Below are positions 28,832-37,723 of a stretch of 64,000 nucleotides of DNA, in pieces. The position numbers and the translations under genes were made by a program. A model generated the notes under the pieces. That model saw nothing but the letters and a program-made list of their open reading frames with translations. It was not told the DNA's origin and did not search any database. Each line of letters starts with the position of its first letter. Within the stretch, counting starts at the first letter, position 1. Origin of the DNA: an uncultured Actinomycetota bacterium (lineage in GTDB: Bacteria; Actinomycetota; Actinomycetes; Propionibacteriales; Nocardioidaceae); assembly GCA_963843815.1 (NCBI GenBank), contig CAWJLX010000006.1:79834-143833 (forward strand), written 5' to 3'.

Positions 28832-29822
28832 CGAGATGTTCACCACCGTGCGACGTGGCTACGACCCGACCGAGGTCGAGCGGGCCCTGGGCCAGGTGCA
28901 GGGCGAGGTCGCCGACCTGCGGACACGGCTCGAGGCGGCCGAGGCCGCCGCCGAGCAGGCGCGCGGTGAGGCCTCGGCCTCGCGCGAGGCGCTGGTCTCA
29001 CGCGAAGGCCAGGAGCCCGAGCTTCCGACGTACGAGCACCTCGGTGAGCGTGTCGGGCAGATCCTCTCCCTCGCCGAGGCCGAGGCCTCGGAGACCCGCA
29101 GTCGCGTCGGCGCGGAGGCCGAGGCGTTCCGCAAGGACGTCGAGGCCCAGGTGGCCACGCTGCGCGCGGACGCCGACCGATACGCCGAGGAGACCCGTCG
29201 CGACGCCGAGGCGGAGGGTGCCCGGATCGTCGCCGACGCCCGCAAGGCCGCGGACTCCGAACGCGACGCCGCTGAGCGGGACGCCTCCGCCCTGCGCTCC
29301 GAGGCCGAGGCCCTCTACGAGGACCAGCGGGCGAAGGCGGCCCAGGCGGCCGCAGACTTCGAGACCACGCTCGCCGAGCGGCGGCAGAAGTCCACTTCCG
29401 AGTTCCAGGCCCAGCAGGCCGCCGCCCAGGCAGAGCTCGACGCCATGACGGCGCGCAACAGCGATGCCATGGCAGCCCTGGAGCACAACCGGAGCGAGGC
29501 CGAGGCCCGCGTGGCCCGGATGCTCACCGAGGCCGAGGAGCGCGCCGCCTCGATGGTCAACGAGGCACGGGCGACGGCCGACCGGGTGCGCGCCGAGTCC
29601 GACCGCGAGCTCGCGGCGGCCTCCCAGCGTCGCGACAGCATCAACGCCCAGCTCTCCAACGTCCGGCAGATGCTCGCCACCCTCACCGGCACGGTGCCCG
29701 GGGTGATCCCGGTCGGGGAGCCGGCGGCCGACGAGGCTCCGGCCCCCGACGAGGAGGTCGCGGCTGACTCCGAGCCGGGCCAGTCCGAGCCGAGCGACGA
29801 GGAGTCCTCGGAGCAGGTGTAG
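28824..29822 (+). CDS. DivIVA-domain coiled-coil protein, FilP/AbpS-like
   Basis: The N-terminal FTTVRRGYDPTEVERAL is DivIVA-type. Internal RAKAAQAAADFETTLAERR and C-terminal RRDSINAQLSNVRQMLATLTG match my recollection of Streptomyces FilP. Confidence 0.7.
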   Translation: MPDEMFTTVRRGYDPTEVERALGQVQGEVADLRTRLEAAEAAAEQARGEASASREALVSREGQEPELPTYEHLGERVGQILSLAEAEASETRSRVGAEAEAFRKDVEAQVATLRADADRYAEETRRDAEAEGARIVADARKAADSERDAAERDASALRSEAEALYEDQRAKAAQAAADFETTLAERRQKSTSEFQAQQAAAQAELDAMTARNSDAMAALEHNRSEAEARVARMLTEAEERAASMVNEARATADRVRAESDRELAAASQRRDSINAQLSNVRQMLATLTGTVPGVIPVGEPAADEAPAPDEEVAADSEPGQSEPSDEESSEQV

Positions 29823-29829
29823 CCGGGCC

Positions 29830-31356
29830 TCAGCCCTTCGGCACGCCCCGCCGCGGCGTCGTCGCGCCGGTGATCCACCCCGCGAAGAAGGCCGAGAGCT
29901 CGCGCCCGGTCTCGGACTCCCAGTGCGCGACGATCTGCTCGCGCGTGACCGAGGTGTTGTCGTTGTCGTCCAACCAGGAGCGGGCGATCCGGTAGAACCG
30001 GTCGTCGCCGAGCTCGACCCGCAGCTCGTTCCACATCAGCGCGGGCGTGGTGTAGATGTTGGACCCGCCGAACTGCCGGGGGTCGTAGGCGCCGGGCGGA
30101 CCGTACGTGTCGCGCAGGCCCTGGTCGGCGGCCCGGGCGCTCCGGACGCTCTCGCGCATCGGCTGCAGGTCGTGCTCGTCCTGGTAGACCCACTGCATCA
30201 TCATCGTCATGCCCTCGTTGAGCCAGACGTCGCGCCAGTCCGCGGGCGAGACCTGGTCGCCGTACCACTGGTGCACCAGCTCGTGCGCGATCACCTGAGG
30301 CGACAGGACGTACTCGTTGTTGCCCAGCGTCACCATCGTCTGGGTCTCCATGGCGCTCTGCGACGCGGTGACGACGAGGCCGAGGGAGTCGAACGGGTAG
30401 GGCCCGAGCTTGCCCGAGATCCAGTCGATCGAGGCGGCGGCGGTCTGGACCTGGTCGAGGCCGAGCACCATCCCGCGCGGGGTCCAGTAGTCCACGCGCA
30501 GGCCCGAGTCGGTGGTGTTGCTGCTGTGGGCGTAGTCGCCGATCGCGAGGGTGACGAGGTACGACGACGCCGGCTCGGTGAGCTGCCACGAGGTGGTGGT
30601 GCTGCCGTCCTCGGTGGTGAGCTCGGTGAGCTGTCCGTTGGAGATCCCGGTCCAGGGCGCCGGCGCGCGCACGGTGATGTCGTACAGCGCCTTGTCGGAC
30701 GGCTGGTCGTTGACGGGGTACCAGGTGTAGGCGCCGTAGGGCTCCTGCATCGTCCACACCTCGCCGGTGTCGGTGATGGTGAAGCCGGTCGTGGAGAAGT
30801 CGCTGCGGGTGGTGGGGGCGGGTGCGGGCTCGGGAGTGCCGACGTAGTCCATGGTGAGCTCGTAGCGCTGGTCGGCCTCGATGGGCGCCTTCACCACCAG
30901 GTCCTTGCCCCGGCGGACGAACTGGACGACGGTGCCATCGACGGCGACCTCGCCGACGGTGAGCCCGGGGCCGAGGTCGAGCTGGAAGCGGGGCGCGGTG
31001 CGAGCGGCGCGGAAGGTGACGGCGGCGCTCGCGGTGAGCCGCTTCGCGAGGGGGTCCCAGCTCAGGTCGAGGTCGTAGAGAAGGGCGTCGACGCGCGGGT
31101 CGCCGACCTCGGGATAGACGCTGTCCTCGACCGGCGTGGACACGGCGAGATCGAGGTCCTGCTCCACGGGGTCGATCACCGGAGCGGGCGAGCTCGGCGC
31201 GACGGCGACCTCCTCCGCGCCTCCCGGCGCGGTGCTCGACGGCGCCGGGGTGCCGAGCGCGTCGGGTGCAACGGTGCCGGAAGTGCAGCCGGCGAGCAGC
31301 AGCACCCCCACGGCGGTTCGTGCCGCGAGCGCACTCGACCGCAGCGAACGGCTCAC
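29830..31356 (-). CDS. M1-family zinc metallopeptidase lipoprotein
   Basis: Lipobox LLLAGCTS, with HELVHQWYGD (HEXXH) and WLNEG. The GTG start overlaps the sigma-factor stop (GTGA). Confidence 0.85.
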   Translation of the reverse strand: MSRSLRSSALAARTAVGVLLLAGCTSGTVAPDALGTPAPSSTAPGGAEEVAVAPSSPAPVIDPVEQDLDLAVSTPVEDSVYPEVGDPRVDALLYDLDLSWDPLAKRLTASAAVTFRAARTAPRFQLDLGPGLTVGEVAVDGTVVQFVRRGKDLVVKAPIEADQRYELTMDYVGTPEPAPAPTTRSDFSTTGFTITDTGEVWTMQEPYGAYTWYPVNDQPSDKALYDITVRAPAPWTGISNGQLTELTTEDGSTTTSWQLTEPASSYLVTLAIGDYAHSSNTTDSGLRVDYWTPRGMVLGLDQVQTAAASIDWISGKLGPYPFDSLGLVVTASQSAMETQTMVTLGNNEYVLSPQVIAHELVHQWYGDQVSPADWRDVWLNEGMTMMMQWVYQDEHDLQPMRESVRSARAADQGLRDTYGPPGAYDPRQFGGSNIYTTPALMWNELRVELGDDRFYRIARSWLDDNDNTSVTREQIVAHWESETGRELSAFFAGWITGATTPRRGVPKG

Positions 31357-31931
31357 TTATCGCCCCGGAGGAGGGGACGTGCCAGCTTGCGACCGTGGTG
31401 GATCTGCGCCTTCACCGTGCCGAGCGGGGCGTCGACCAGGGCAGCGATCTCGTCGTAGGGCAGCCCGTAGACGTCGCGCAGCAGCAGCGGCTCGACGAAC
31501 TGCGGGTGGTCGCGCTCGATGGTCTCCATCGCCTCGAGCAGGTCGAGGCGGGTGCCGGCGATGACGCTGGTGGTGCGCGGGTCGGGCCGGTCGTGGGCGC
31601 CGTCCTCGAAGTCCGTCGGCGTGGCGAGGTTCTTCATGCGCCGGTACGTCGACCGGGCGCTGTTGACCGCCACGACGTGCAGCCACGTGGTGAACCGGCC
31701 GCGGCCGCCCCACGAACCGATCTTGGTCGCGACGTTGAGCATCGCCTCCTGGCAGGCGTCCTCCGCGTCACCGGAGTAGGGCAGCACCCCACGGCAGATG
31801 TTGAGCACCCGAGGGCGGGTCGCAGCGAGCAGCGACTCCAGCGCGTCACGGTCCCCGTCGCGGGCCTGCCGCGCGAGGTCGTCGATGTCGTCGGGCGTCA
31901 ACGCGACCCCGTGGTCCCCCGAATTGCTCAC
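31353..31931 (-). CDS. ECF-type RNA polymerase sigma factor
   Basis: Region 2 carries GDAEDACQEAMLNV, and region 4 carries YDEIAALVDAPLGTVKAQIHHGR. Confidence 0.85.
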   Translation of the reverse strand: MSNSGDHGVALTPDDIDDLARQARDGDRDALESLLAATRPRVLNICRGVLPYSGDAEDACQEAMLNVATKIGSWGGRGRFTTWLHVVAVNSARSTYRRMKNLATPTDFEDGAHDRPDPRTTSVIAGTRLDLLEAMETIERDHPQFVEPLLLRDVYGLPYDEIAALVDAPLGTVKAQIHHGRKLARPLLRGDK

Positions 31932-31951
31932 CTCTGCACGATAATGCCCGG

Positions 31952-33412
31952 GTGTCCGCTCCCTCTCGTCTCGGTCGTTATCCGGTGCGCCGTCGCATCG
32001 GTTCGGGAGCCTTCGCGACCGTCTGGCTCGCCTACGACGAGCACCTCGACTCCCCGGTGGCGATCAAGGTCCTCGCCGACAACTGGAGCGGCGACCTCCA
32101 CATCCGGCGGCGCTTCGTGGAGGAGGGTCGTTTCCTGCGCAAGGTCGAGTCGCCCCATGTCGTCACCGTCTACGACGCAGGCGAGCTCGCCGACGAACGC
32201 CCCTACCTGGTCATGGCGTACGCCGACCAGGGCACGCTGGCCGACCGGCTCGAGCTCGGCACGCTCGAGCCCGGCCAGGCGCTGAGGGTCATCACCCAGG
32301 TCGGTCGCGGACTGACCGCCTTGCACGACCGCGGCGTCCTCCACCGCGACGTGAAGCCCGCCAACGTCCTCTTCCGCACGGTGGAGAACGCCCGCTCCTC
32401 GCAGGTCGTGGCCATGCTGGGCGACCTCGGGCTGGGCAAGGCGATGGACATGTCGTCTCGACTCACCATGGTCGGCGGCACCCCGACGTACGTCGCTCCC
32501 GAGCAGGCGCGGGGCGAGGGACTGGACGCCAGGGCGGACCAGTTCTCGCTCGCGGCGCTGAGCTACTACCTCCTCGCCGGGCGCCAGCCCTACCACCACA
32601 CGAGCCTGGTCGCCGCCGAGGACCCGGCGCCGCCCGCGCCCATGGGCATCGGCAACCCCGAGGCCGAGGCTGTGGTGCTCAAGGCGCTGGCCAAGGACCG
32701 AACGGAACGCTTCGACGACGTCGAGTCCTTCACGGCGGCCCTCGTGGATGCCCTCGGTGGACGCGTCGACGAGGCCGCGCCGGCGTGGATCCCGGTGGAC
32801 CCGGACCTCACCCGGGCGGCACCCCGGCCGGACCCGACCGGTCAGGCCTCGGACCTGCCGCCGCCGGCCGTGCCGGTCCGCCGACGTCGTCGCCTGCCGG
32901 GGTTGGTGGCCGGCGTACTGGCCCTGTCGCTGGGTGTCGGCGCGGGGTGGGGCCTCGAGCGGGCCACGACCTCCGACCGCACAGTGGACGACGCCACCGG
33001 GACGATCTCGGTGACCGTGCCGGAGACGTGGACCGCGCAGGTGGACCCCGAGCAGTGGACGCCGGCCGAGGGCCAGCAGGAGCAGCCCTCGATCGCATCG
33101 GGCACCCGTCCCGGCTGGAACACCGACGCCGACCCCGCGTCCGGCGTCTTCGTGGGGATCCTGGAGGCGGAGAAGCTGCCCTCCCAGGTGCCTCAGCACC
33201 CCACGTGCGCGGACGGTGGGGCGCTGATCCGGGACACGCAGGACGGCGACGACTCGATGACGGTGTTCTTCAGCGGCTGCCCCGGTCCCGACGTCACCGT
33301 CGAACGAGTCGTCCAGTTGACGTCGAACCGGCTCCTGTGGGTGCAGGTGCGCAGCGCGGACCGGGCCACCGCCAACCGCGTGCTGGAGTCGGTCACGACC
33401 TTCGGCATCTGA
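31952..33412 (+). CDS. transmembrane Ser/Thr protein kinase
   Basis: Contains GSGAFATV, HRDVKPANV, DLG and GTPTYVAPE. One TM segment (LPGLVAGVLALSLGVGAGW) precedes an ectodomain of about 170 aa. Confidence 0.9.
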   Translation: MSAPSRLGRYPVRRRIGSGAFATVWLAYDEHLDSPVAIKVLADNWSGDLHIRRRFVEEGRFLRKVESPHVVTVYDAGELADERPYLVMAYADQGTLADRLELGTLEPGQALRVITQVGRGLTALHDRGVLHRDVKPANVLFRTVENARSSQVVAMLGDLGLGKAMDMSSRLTMVGGTPTYVAPEQARGEGLDARADQFSLAALSYYLLAGRQPYHHTSLVAAEDPAPPAPMGIGNPEAEAVVLKALAKDRTERFDDVESFTAALVDALGGRVDEAAPAWIPVDPDLTRAAPRPDPTGQASDLPPPAVPVRRRRRLPGLVAGVLALSLGVGAGWGLERATTSDRTVDDATGTISVTVPETWTAQVDPEQWTPAEGQQEQPSIASGTRPGWNTDADPASGVFVGILEAEKLPSQVPQHPTCADGGALIRDTQDGDDSMTVFFSGCPGPDVTVERVVQLTSNRLLWVQVRSADRATANRVLESVTTFGI

Positions 33413-33431
33413 CCGCAGGTTGTGGGAGGGC

Positions 33432-34064
33432 TCAGCCGAGCCGAACCCCGGCGGCGACCCGAGCGATCAGGTCGGCCATTCCGGCCACGTCGACCTCGCG
33501 ACCGCTGACGGCGATCTCCACCTGCGCGAGGCCCGAGCCGGTGAGGTCGAGCCAGGTGAGGAAACCGTGGCGCAGGTGACGGTTGGTGACGTAGGTGTAG
33601 TGGAGGCTGTCGGCGGTCCGGCTGACGATCGCGACGCCGTCCTCGTCCGCGTCGAGGTCGTCGATCCGCCCGGTCAGGGTGCTCTCGACGGATCGACGCT
33701 GGCTCAGCACCTGCTCCACGCGCATGGAGTAGGTGAACGTCTCGTGGTCGGGCGGGCGCCACTGCCACTCGTTGAGGGAGTTCTCGAAGAAGTCCCACCC
33801 TCGCGGAGCCGGCAGCGACAGCATGAAGTCCCCGCTCCCGACGCGCTGCCTGGTCAGCGCCAGCCGGACGTCGAGCGATGCGGCCGGCGGGTCGGGCAGC
33901 AGGTCGGGCACGGGGTCGATCGGGAGGCTCGGCGACGTGGCTGCGACAGGGCTCGGCGCGCCGGCTCCGGGCGGGTTCTCGGCCAGGGCGAGGGAGACGC
34001 CGAAACCACCGCCGACGCCGAGCGCCAGCAGCATCGCCAGCACCGTCGGCCCCCGCCATGTCAC
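33432..34064 (-). CDS. membrane-anchored hypothetical protein (paralog 1)
   Basis: The GTG at 34064 gives VTWRGPTVLAMLLALGVGGG. It is clearly similar to the adjacent gene over its full length. Confidence 0.6.
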   Translation of the reverse strand: MTWRGPTVLAMLLALGVGGGFGVSLALAENPPGAGAPSPVAATSPSLPIDPVPDLLPDPPAASLDVRLALTRQRVGSGDFMLSLPAPRGWDFFENSLNEWQWRPPDHETFTYSMRVEQVLSQRRSVESTLTGRIDDLDADEDGVAIVSRTADSLHYTYVTNRHLRHGFLTWLDLTGSGLAQVEIAVSGREVDVAGMADLIARVAAGVRLG

Positions 34065-34089
34065 GGGCGCCAATCTAGTGGCAGACGAC

Positions 34090-34740
34090 CTAGGCAACGC
34101 CGCTGGAGGGGCCGCGCATGCCGGCGGCGACCCGTTGGATGAGGTCGCGGGTCCCGGCCACGTCGCGCTCGCGCCCGTGCACGACGATCTCCACGTCTGC
34201 CAGGCCGCTGTCATCGAGGTCGAGCCAGCGCATGAAGCTGTGCCGGGCGTTGCCCTCGTTGCTGCGGTAGGTGTACTCCAGGGAGTCGGCCCCCCGCGCG
34301 ACGATCTCCACGTCCTCCTGGTCGTCGCGCAGCCGCTCCACGCGGAGGTCGATGGCGTCCTCGACAGTGAGGTCCTGGCTGTTGATCTGCTCGATCCGCA
34401 TCACGTAGCTGTTGTTGGAGGTCCCCGGCTGCTTCCACTTCGCCTCGTTGGTGGCGTTGGTGTTGGTCGTCCAGCCCGTCGGGACGGGAAAGGTGATCGC
34501 GAACTTCCCGCTGCCCAGCGTGGTCGGCGTCATCGCGACGCCCGGGCGGAGCGGCGGGTCGTCGGGATCCTCGGCGTAGGGCCTCGGTGCCTCCACGGGC
34601 AGCGCGGGACGGTGGGCTGTCACGGGTGCGGGGACGCCGCTGCCGACCTGCGCGTCGCGTGCCTGTCCGGCCGCGGCGAAGCCGGCCCCGGCGCCGATCG
34701 CCAGGAGCACGACCAGCACCGCAAGCCCCCGCCATTCCAT
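34090..34740 (-). CDS. membrane-anchored hypothetical protein (paralog 2)
   Basis: Starts MEWRGLAVLVVLLAIGAGAG. It shares motifs with paralog 1 (P.P.GW, WLDL..SGLA.VEI.V.GRE.DVAG..DLI.RVAAG). Confidence 0.65.
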   Translation of the reverse strand: MEWRGLAVLVVLLAIGAGAGFAAAGQARDAQVGSGVPAPVTAHRPALPVEAPRPYAEDPDDPPLRPGVAMTPTTLGSGKFAITFPVPTGWTTNTNATNEAKWKQPGTSNNSYVMRIEQINSQDLTVEDAIDLRVERLRDDQEDVEIVARGADSLEYTYRSNEGNARHSFMRWLDLDDSGLADVEIVVHGRERDVAGTRDLIQRVAAGMRGPSSGVA

Positions 34741-34800
34741 GGGGCCACGCTAGCCGGGGCCCGGGCCCCGGCGTGTGGGCGCACGTCCTACGGTGGCCCC

Positions 34801-36291
34801 ATGCTCATCCGCAACGCGCGCCTCGTGGCCGTGACCGACTCGTCTGCAGGCACGGTCGACGTGCGTGCCGATGCCGGTGTCGTCGTCGAGATGGGCGTCG
34901 ACCTGGCGCAGGGCGCGAGCGAGGCGTCGTACGACGCGGACGGGGGCTGGCTGATGCCCGGCCTCTGGGACCAGCACGTCCACCTCGGCCAGTGGACGCT
35001 CGCGTCGGCGCGGCTCGACCTCGGCCCGGCGCGCTCCAGCGCGGAGGCGGTCGCGCTGGTGCGCGAGCGGCTGGAGGAGTGGCCGGACCTGCCGGTCATC
35101 GGATGGGGCCACCGGCCCACTGCCTGGCCCGAGAATCCCGCGGTGTCCGACCTGGACGCGATCGAGACCGACCAACCGATCGTCCTGATCGCAGGGGACG
35201 GCCACCACGGCTGGCTCAACACGACCGCACTGCACGTGCTGGCCCTGCCGACCCGCGACAGCGTGGTCAGCGAGGCCGAGTGGTTCATGGCCTACGGCCG
35301 GTTGGCTTCGGTGCTCGGGACGGACGGGACCGGCCCCGATGCCTACCACCGCTCGATGGAGGCCGCGGCGGCGCAGGGTGTGGTCGGTCTGGTCGACCTC
35401 GAGTTCAGCGGTGGCGTCGCGGACTGGGCGGCGCGCTGGGCCGAGGGCGCGAACCTCATCCGCGTCCGGCACGCCTGCTACGCCGACGGCCTCGACGACG
35501 TGCTCGCCCGCGGCCTGAGGTCCGGCGATCCGCTCGACGGCGACCCCCGCCTGACCATGGGGCCGCTCAAGATCATCAGCGACGGGTCGCTCAACACCCG
35601 CAGTGCATGGTGCTGCGAGCCCTACGCCGAGAAGGGCGTGCCCGGCAGCGAGTCGGGTCACCCCAACCAGTCCTCGGCCGAGCTGCGTGCGCTGCTCGCG
35701 CAGGCGGCCGCCGGGGGACTCGACGTCGCGGTGCACGCCATCGGCGACCGCGCCGTCACCGAGGCGCTCGCCGCCTTCGAGGAGACCGGCGCCCGTGGTG
35801 GCATCGAGCACGTGCAGCTCACCACGCGCGAGGACGTACGCCGCATGGCCGACCTCGGGGTGCGCGCGAGCATGCAGCCCGCCCACCTGCTCGACGACCG
35901 CGACGTCACCGAGCGGCTCTGGCCCGGCCGCGCCGAGCGCTGCTTCCCGCTGCGCTGGATGCTCGACGCCGGCGTCGACGTGGTGCTGGGCTCCGACGCG
36001 CCGGTCTCGCCCCTCGACCCGTGGCTGGCGATCGCCACGGCCGTGCACCGCTCGGGCGACGACCGCGAGCCGTGGCACCCCGAGCAGTCCATCACTGCCC
36101 AGGAGGCGCTCGCCGCGTCGACCGACGGCCGCGGCACCGTCGCGGTCGGACATCCGGCCGACCTGGTGCTGCTCGACGCCGACCCGCTGGCGGGCGACTC
36201 CGACCACGAGCACGCGCTGCGACTGCGGGACTTCGCCGAGCACGTGGTCGCGACGTGGGTCGCGGGCGAGACGGCGTACGCCCGCCCCTGA
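34801..36291 (+). CDS. metal-dependent amidohydrolase (YtcJ-like)
   Basis: Starts at the ATG at 34801 (MLIRNARLV). It contains the DQHVHL HxH motif, HAIGDRA, and a C-terminal LGSDAPV. Confidence 0.85.
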   Translation: MLIRNARLVAVTDSSAGTVDVRADAGVVVEMGVDLAQGASEASYDADGGWLMPGLWDQHVHLGQWTLASARLDLGPARSSAEAVALVRERLEEWPDLPVIGWGHRPTAWPENPAVSDLDAIETDQPIVLIAGDGHHGWLNTTALHVLALPTRDSVVSEAEWFMAYGRLASVLGTDGTGPDAYHRSMEAAAAQGVVGLVDLEFSGGVADWAARWAEGANLIRVRHACYADGLDDVLARGLRSGDPLDGDPRLTMGPLKIISDGSLNTRSAWCCEPYAEKGVPGSESGHPNQSSAELRALLAQAAAGGLDVAVHAIGDRAVTEALAAFEETGARGGIEHVQLTTREDVRRMADLGVRASMQPAHLLDDRDVTERLWPGRAERCFPLRWMLDAGVDVVLGSDAPVSPLDPWLAIATAVHRSGDDREPWHPEQSITAQEALAASTDGRGTVAVGHPADLVLLDADPLAGDSDHEHALRLRDFAEHVVATWVAGETAYARP

Positions 36292-36343
36292 GCGGTGTGC
36301 GAGGCGGCTTTTCGCGGCCGCGATTCCTCCTCACGCACCGCCG
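36290..36343. repeat. REP-like hairpin repeat, copy B
   Basis: GAGCGGTGTGCGAGGCGGCTTTTCGCGGCC...CCTCCTCACGCACCGCC. It starts at the amidohydrolase stop codon. Confidence 0.6.
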
Positions 36344-36361
36344 CCGCGCGCGTCGTCGTTC

Positions 36362-36415
36362 GAGCGGTGTGCGAGGCGGCTCTTCGAGGCTCCGAATCCC
36401 CCTCAGGCACCGCTC
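36362..36415. repeat. REP-like hairpin repeat, copy C
   Basis: GAGCGGTGTGCGAGGCGGCTCTTCGAGGCTCC...CCCTCAGGCACCGCTC. It is a direct repeat of copy B, 72 nt downstream. Confidence 0.6.
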
Positions 36416-36438
36416 GAGCGGGGAGGTCGGACCGCGTG

Positions 36439-37620
36439 TCAGGCCAGCGCCAGCGTCGCGTCGAGCACGAACGCCGGGTCGTCGAGCCTGTCGCCGTACA
36501 CCTCGCGGAGCTGGCCGACGCGGTAGCGGACCGTCTGTGCGTGCACGAAGAGCTCCTCGGCCACCGCGTCCCGGCGCCCGTGGTGGAGCAGCCAGCTGCG
36601 CAGGGTGTCGGTGAGCTTCTCGGCGGTGGAGGGCCGCAGGTCGGCCATCGGGGCGAGCACGCGGGCGCGCAGGTCGGCCCGTGCGTCGGCGTCGGAGCTG
36701 AGGACGAGGGCCGCGAGGTGGTCGTCGGAGTCGACGAGCCCCTCGATGCCGAGGGCGGTGCAGCGCAGCGCGCGCCGGTAGGAGCCGACTGCCTCGAGCC
36801 ACGGCGTGCTCGGCCCGACCACCGCGTCCGTGCCGCGGAGCGCGCGCAGCAACGTACGTCGGGCGGTGGCCGACCCGGCGCCGGGCACCAGCAAGGAGGC
36901 GTGCCCCTCGGGCAGGTCGGGGATGTCGTCGGTCGGCTGCAGCGTCCGCTGGTCGAGCGCCGTCAGCGCGTGCGAGACCTGCGACTCGGGCAGGACGATC
37001 GCGGTCAGTGCGCCCGGCGGCTCCCACTCGGCGCGCTCGGCTGCGGCGTTGACCGCATCGGCCGGCGCGCCCGTGAGCAGGGCTCGCGCCAGGCGTTCGA
37101 GGTTGCGCTGCCGGAGGCGTCCGCTGCTCTCGAGCTCGTCGGTGTGTCCGGCGACGGACGCGGCGGAGAGCTCGTCGATGTAGGCGAACACGAGCTCCGC
37201 GAAGCGAGCCAGCTGGCCGGAGTCCACGCCCGCCGCGACGGCCGTGCCGGCCATCTCGCGCCAGGACGCACGCGCACCGATGCGGTAGGCCGAGAGCAGC
37301 GCCTCGACCGTACGCCCGGCGCGGGCCTCGCCGCGACCGAGCTGGTAGGCGCCCTCGATCGCCGGCGCCTTGGGGGCATCGGCATCCTGGCGGGTGGCGA
37401 GGGTCAGGAAGCCGCCGAGCGCGAGCTGCACGGCGTTGCGGATGACCTCGCCCATCCGTCCGCTCCAGGCGCCCGCATAGCTCGGCACCTCCTCGATGAT
37501 CCGGAGCACGGCGCTGTCGGCGACCTCGGCGAGCCGCGAGCGCAGGGCGTCAGCGACCGCGGGGTCGAGGCCGACCACCGTCGGGAGTTGTGTGGCGGAG
37601 CGCACAGTTCGCTGGACCAC
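36439..37620 (-). CDS. PucR-family transcriptional regulator
   Basis: GTG start after an AGGAG RBS. The C-terminal HTH is LFVHAQTVRYRVGQLREVYG. Confidence 0.7.
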   Translation of the reverse strand: MVQRTVRSATQLPTVVGLDPAVADALRSRLAEVADSAVLRIIEEVPSYAGAWSGRMGEVIRNAVQLALGGFLTLATRQDADAPKAPAIEGAYQLGRGEARAGRTVEALLSAYRIGARASWREMAGTAVAAGVDSGQLARFAELVFAYIDELSAASVAGHTDELESSGRLRQRNLERLARALLTGAPADAVNAAAERAEWEPPGALTAIVLPESQVSHALTALDQRTLQPTDDIPDLPEGHASLLVPGAGSATARRTLLRALRGTDAVVGPSTPWLEAVGSYRRALRCTALGIEGLVDSDDHLAALVLSSDADARADLRARVLAPMADLRPSTAEKLTDTLRSWLLHHGRRDAVAEELFVHAQTVRYRVGQLREVYGDRLDDPAFVLDATLALA

Positions 37621-37640
37621 GGGCACTCCTGACGTCGTTT

Positions 37641-37657
37641 TTGTTCGCTGCGAACAA
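37641..37657. promoter_or_regulatory. 17-bp palindrome TTGTTCGC-T-GCGAACAA (candidate operator)
   Basis: Perfect 8-bp arms. It lies in the divergent region between the PucR-like regulator and the reductase/desaturase operon. Confidence 0.55.
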
Positions 37658-37723
37658 TAGTGTAGCCCAGATTCACGTGCCCGAGGCAGGTAATCCTGCC
37701 CCGTCTCCGTCAGATTGGTACCT

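Noticed and set aside
33733-34800. N-terminal 356 codons of the 852-aa ORF 33733-36291
   Set aside because: This part overlaps, antisense, the two membrane-anchored paralogs. The amidohydrolase homology and a sensible start (MLIRNARLV) begin at 34801.
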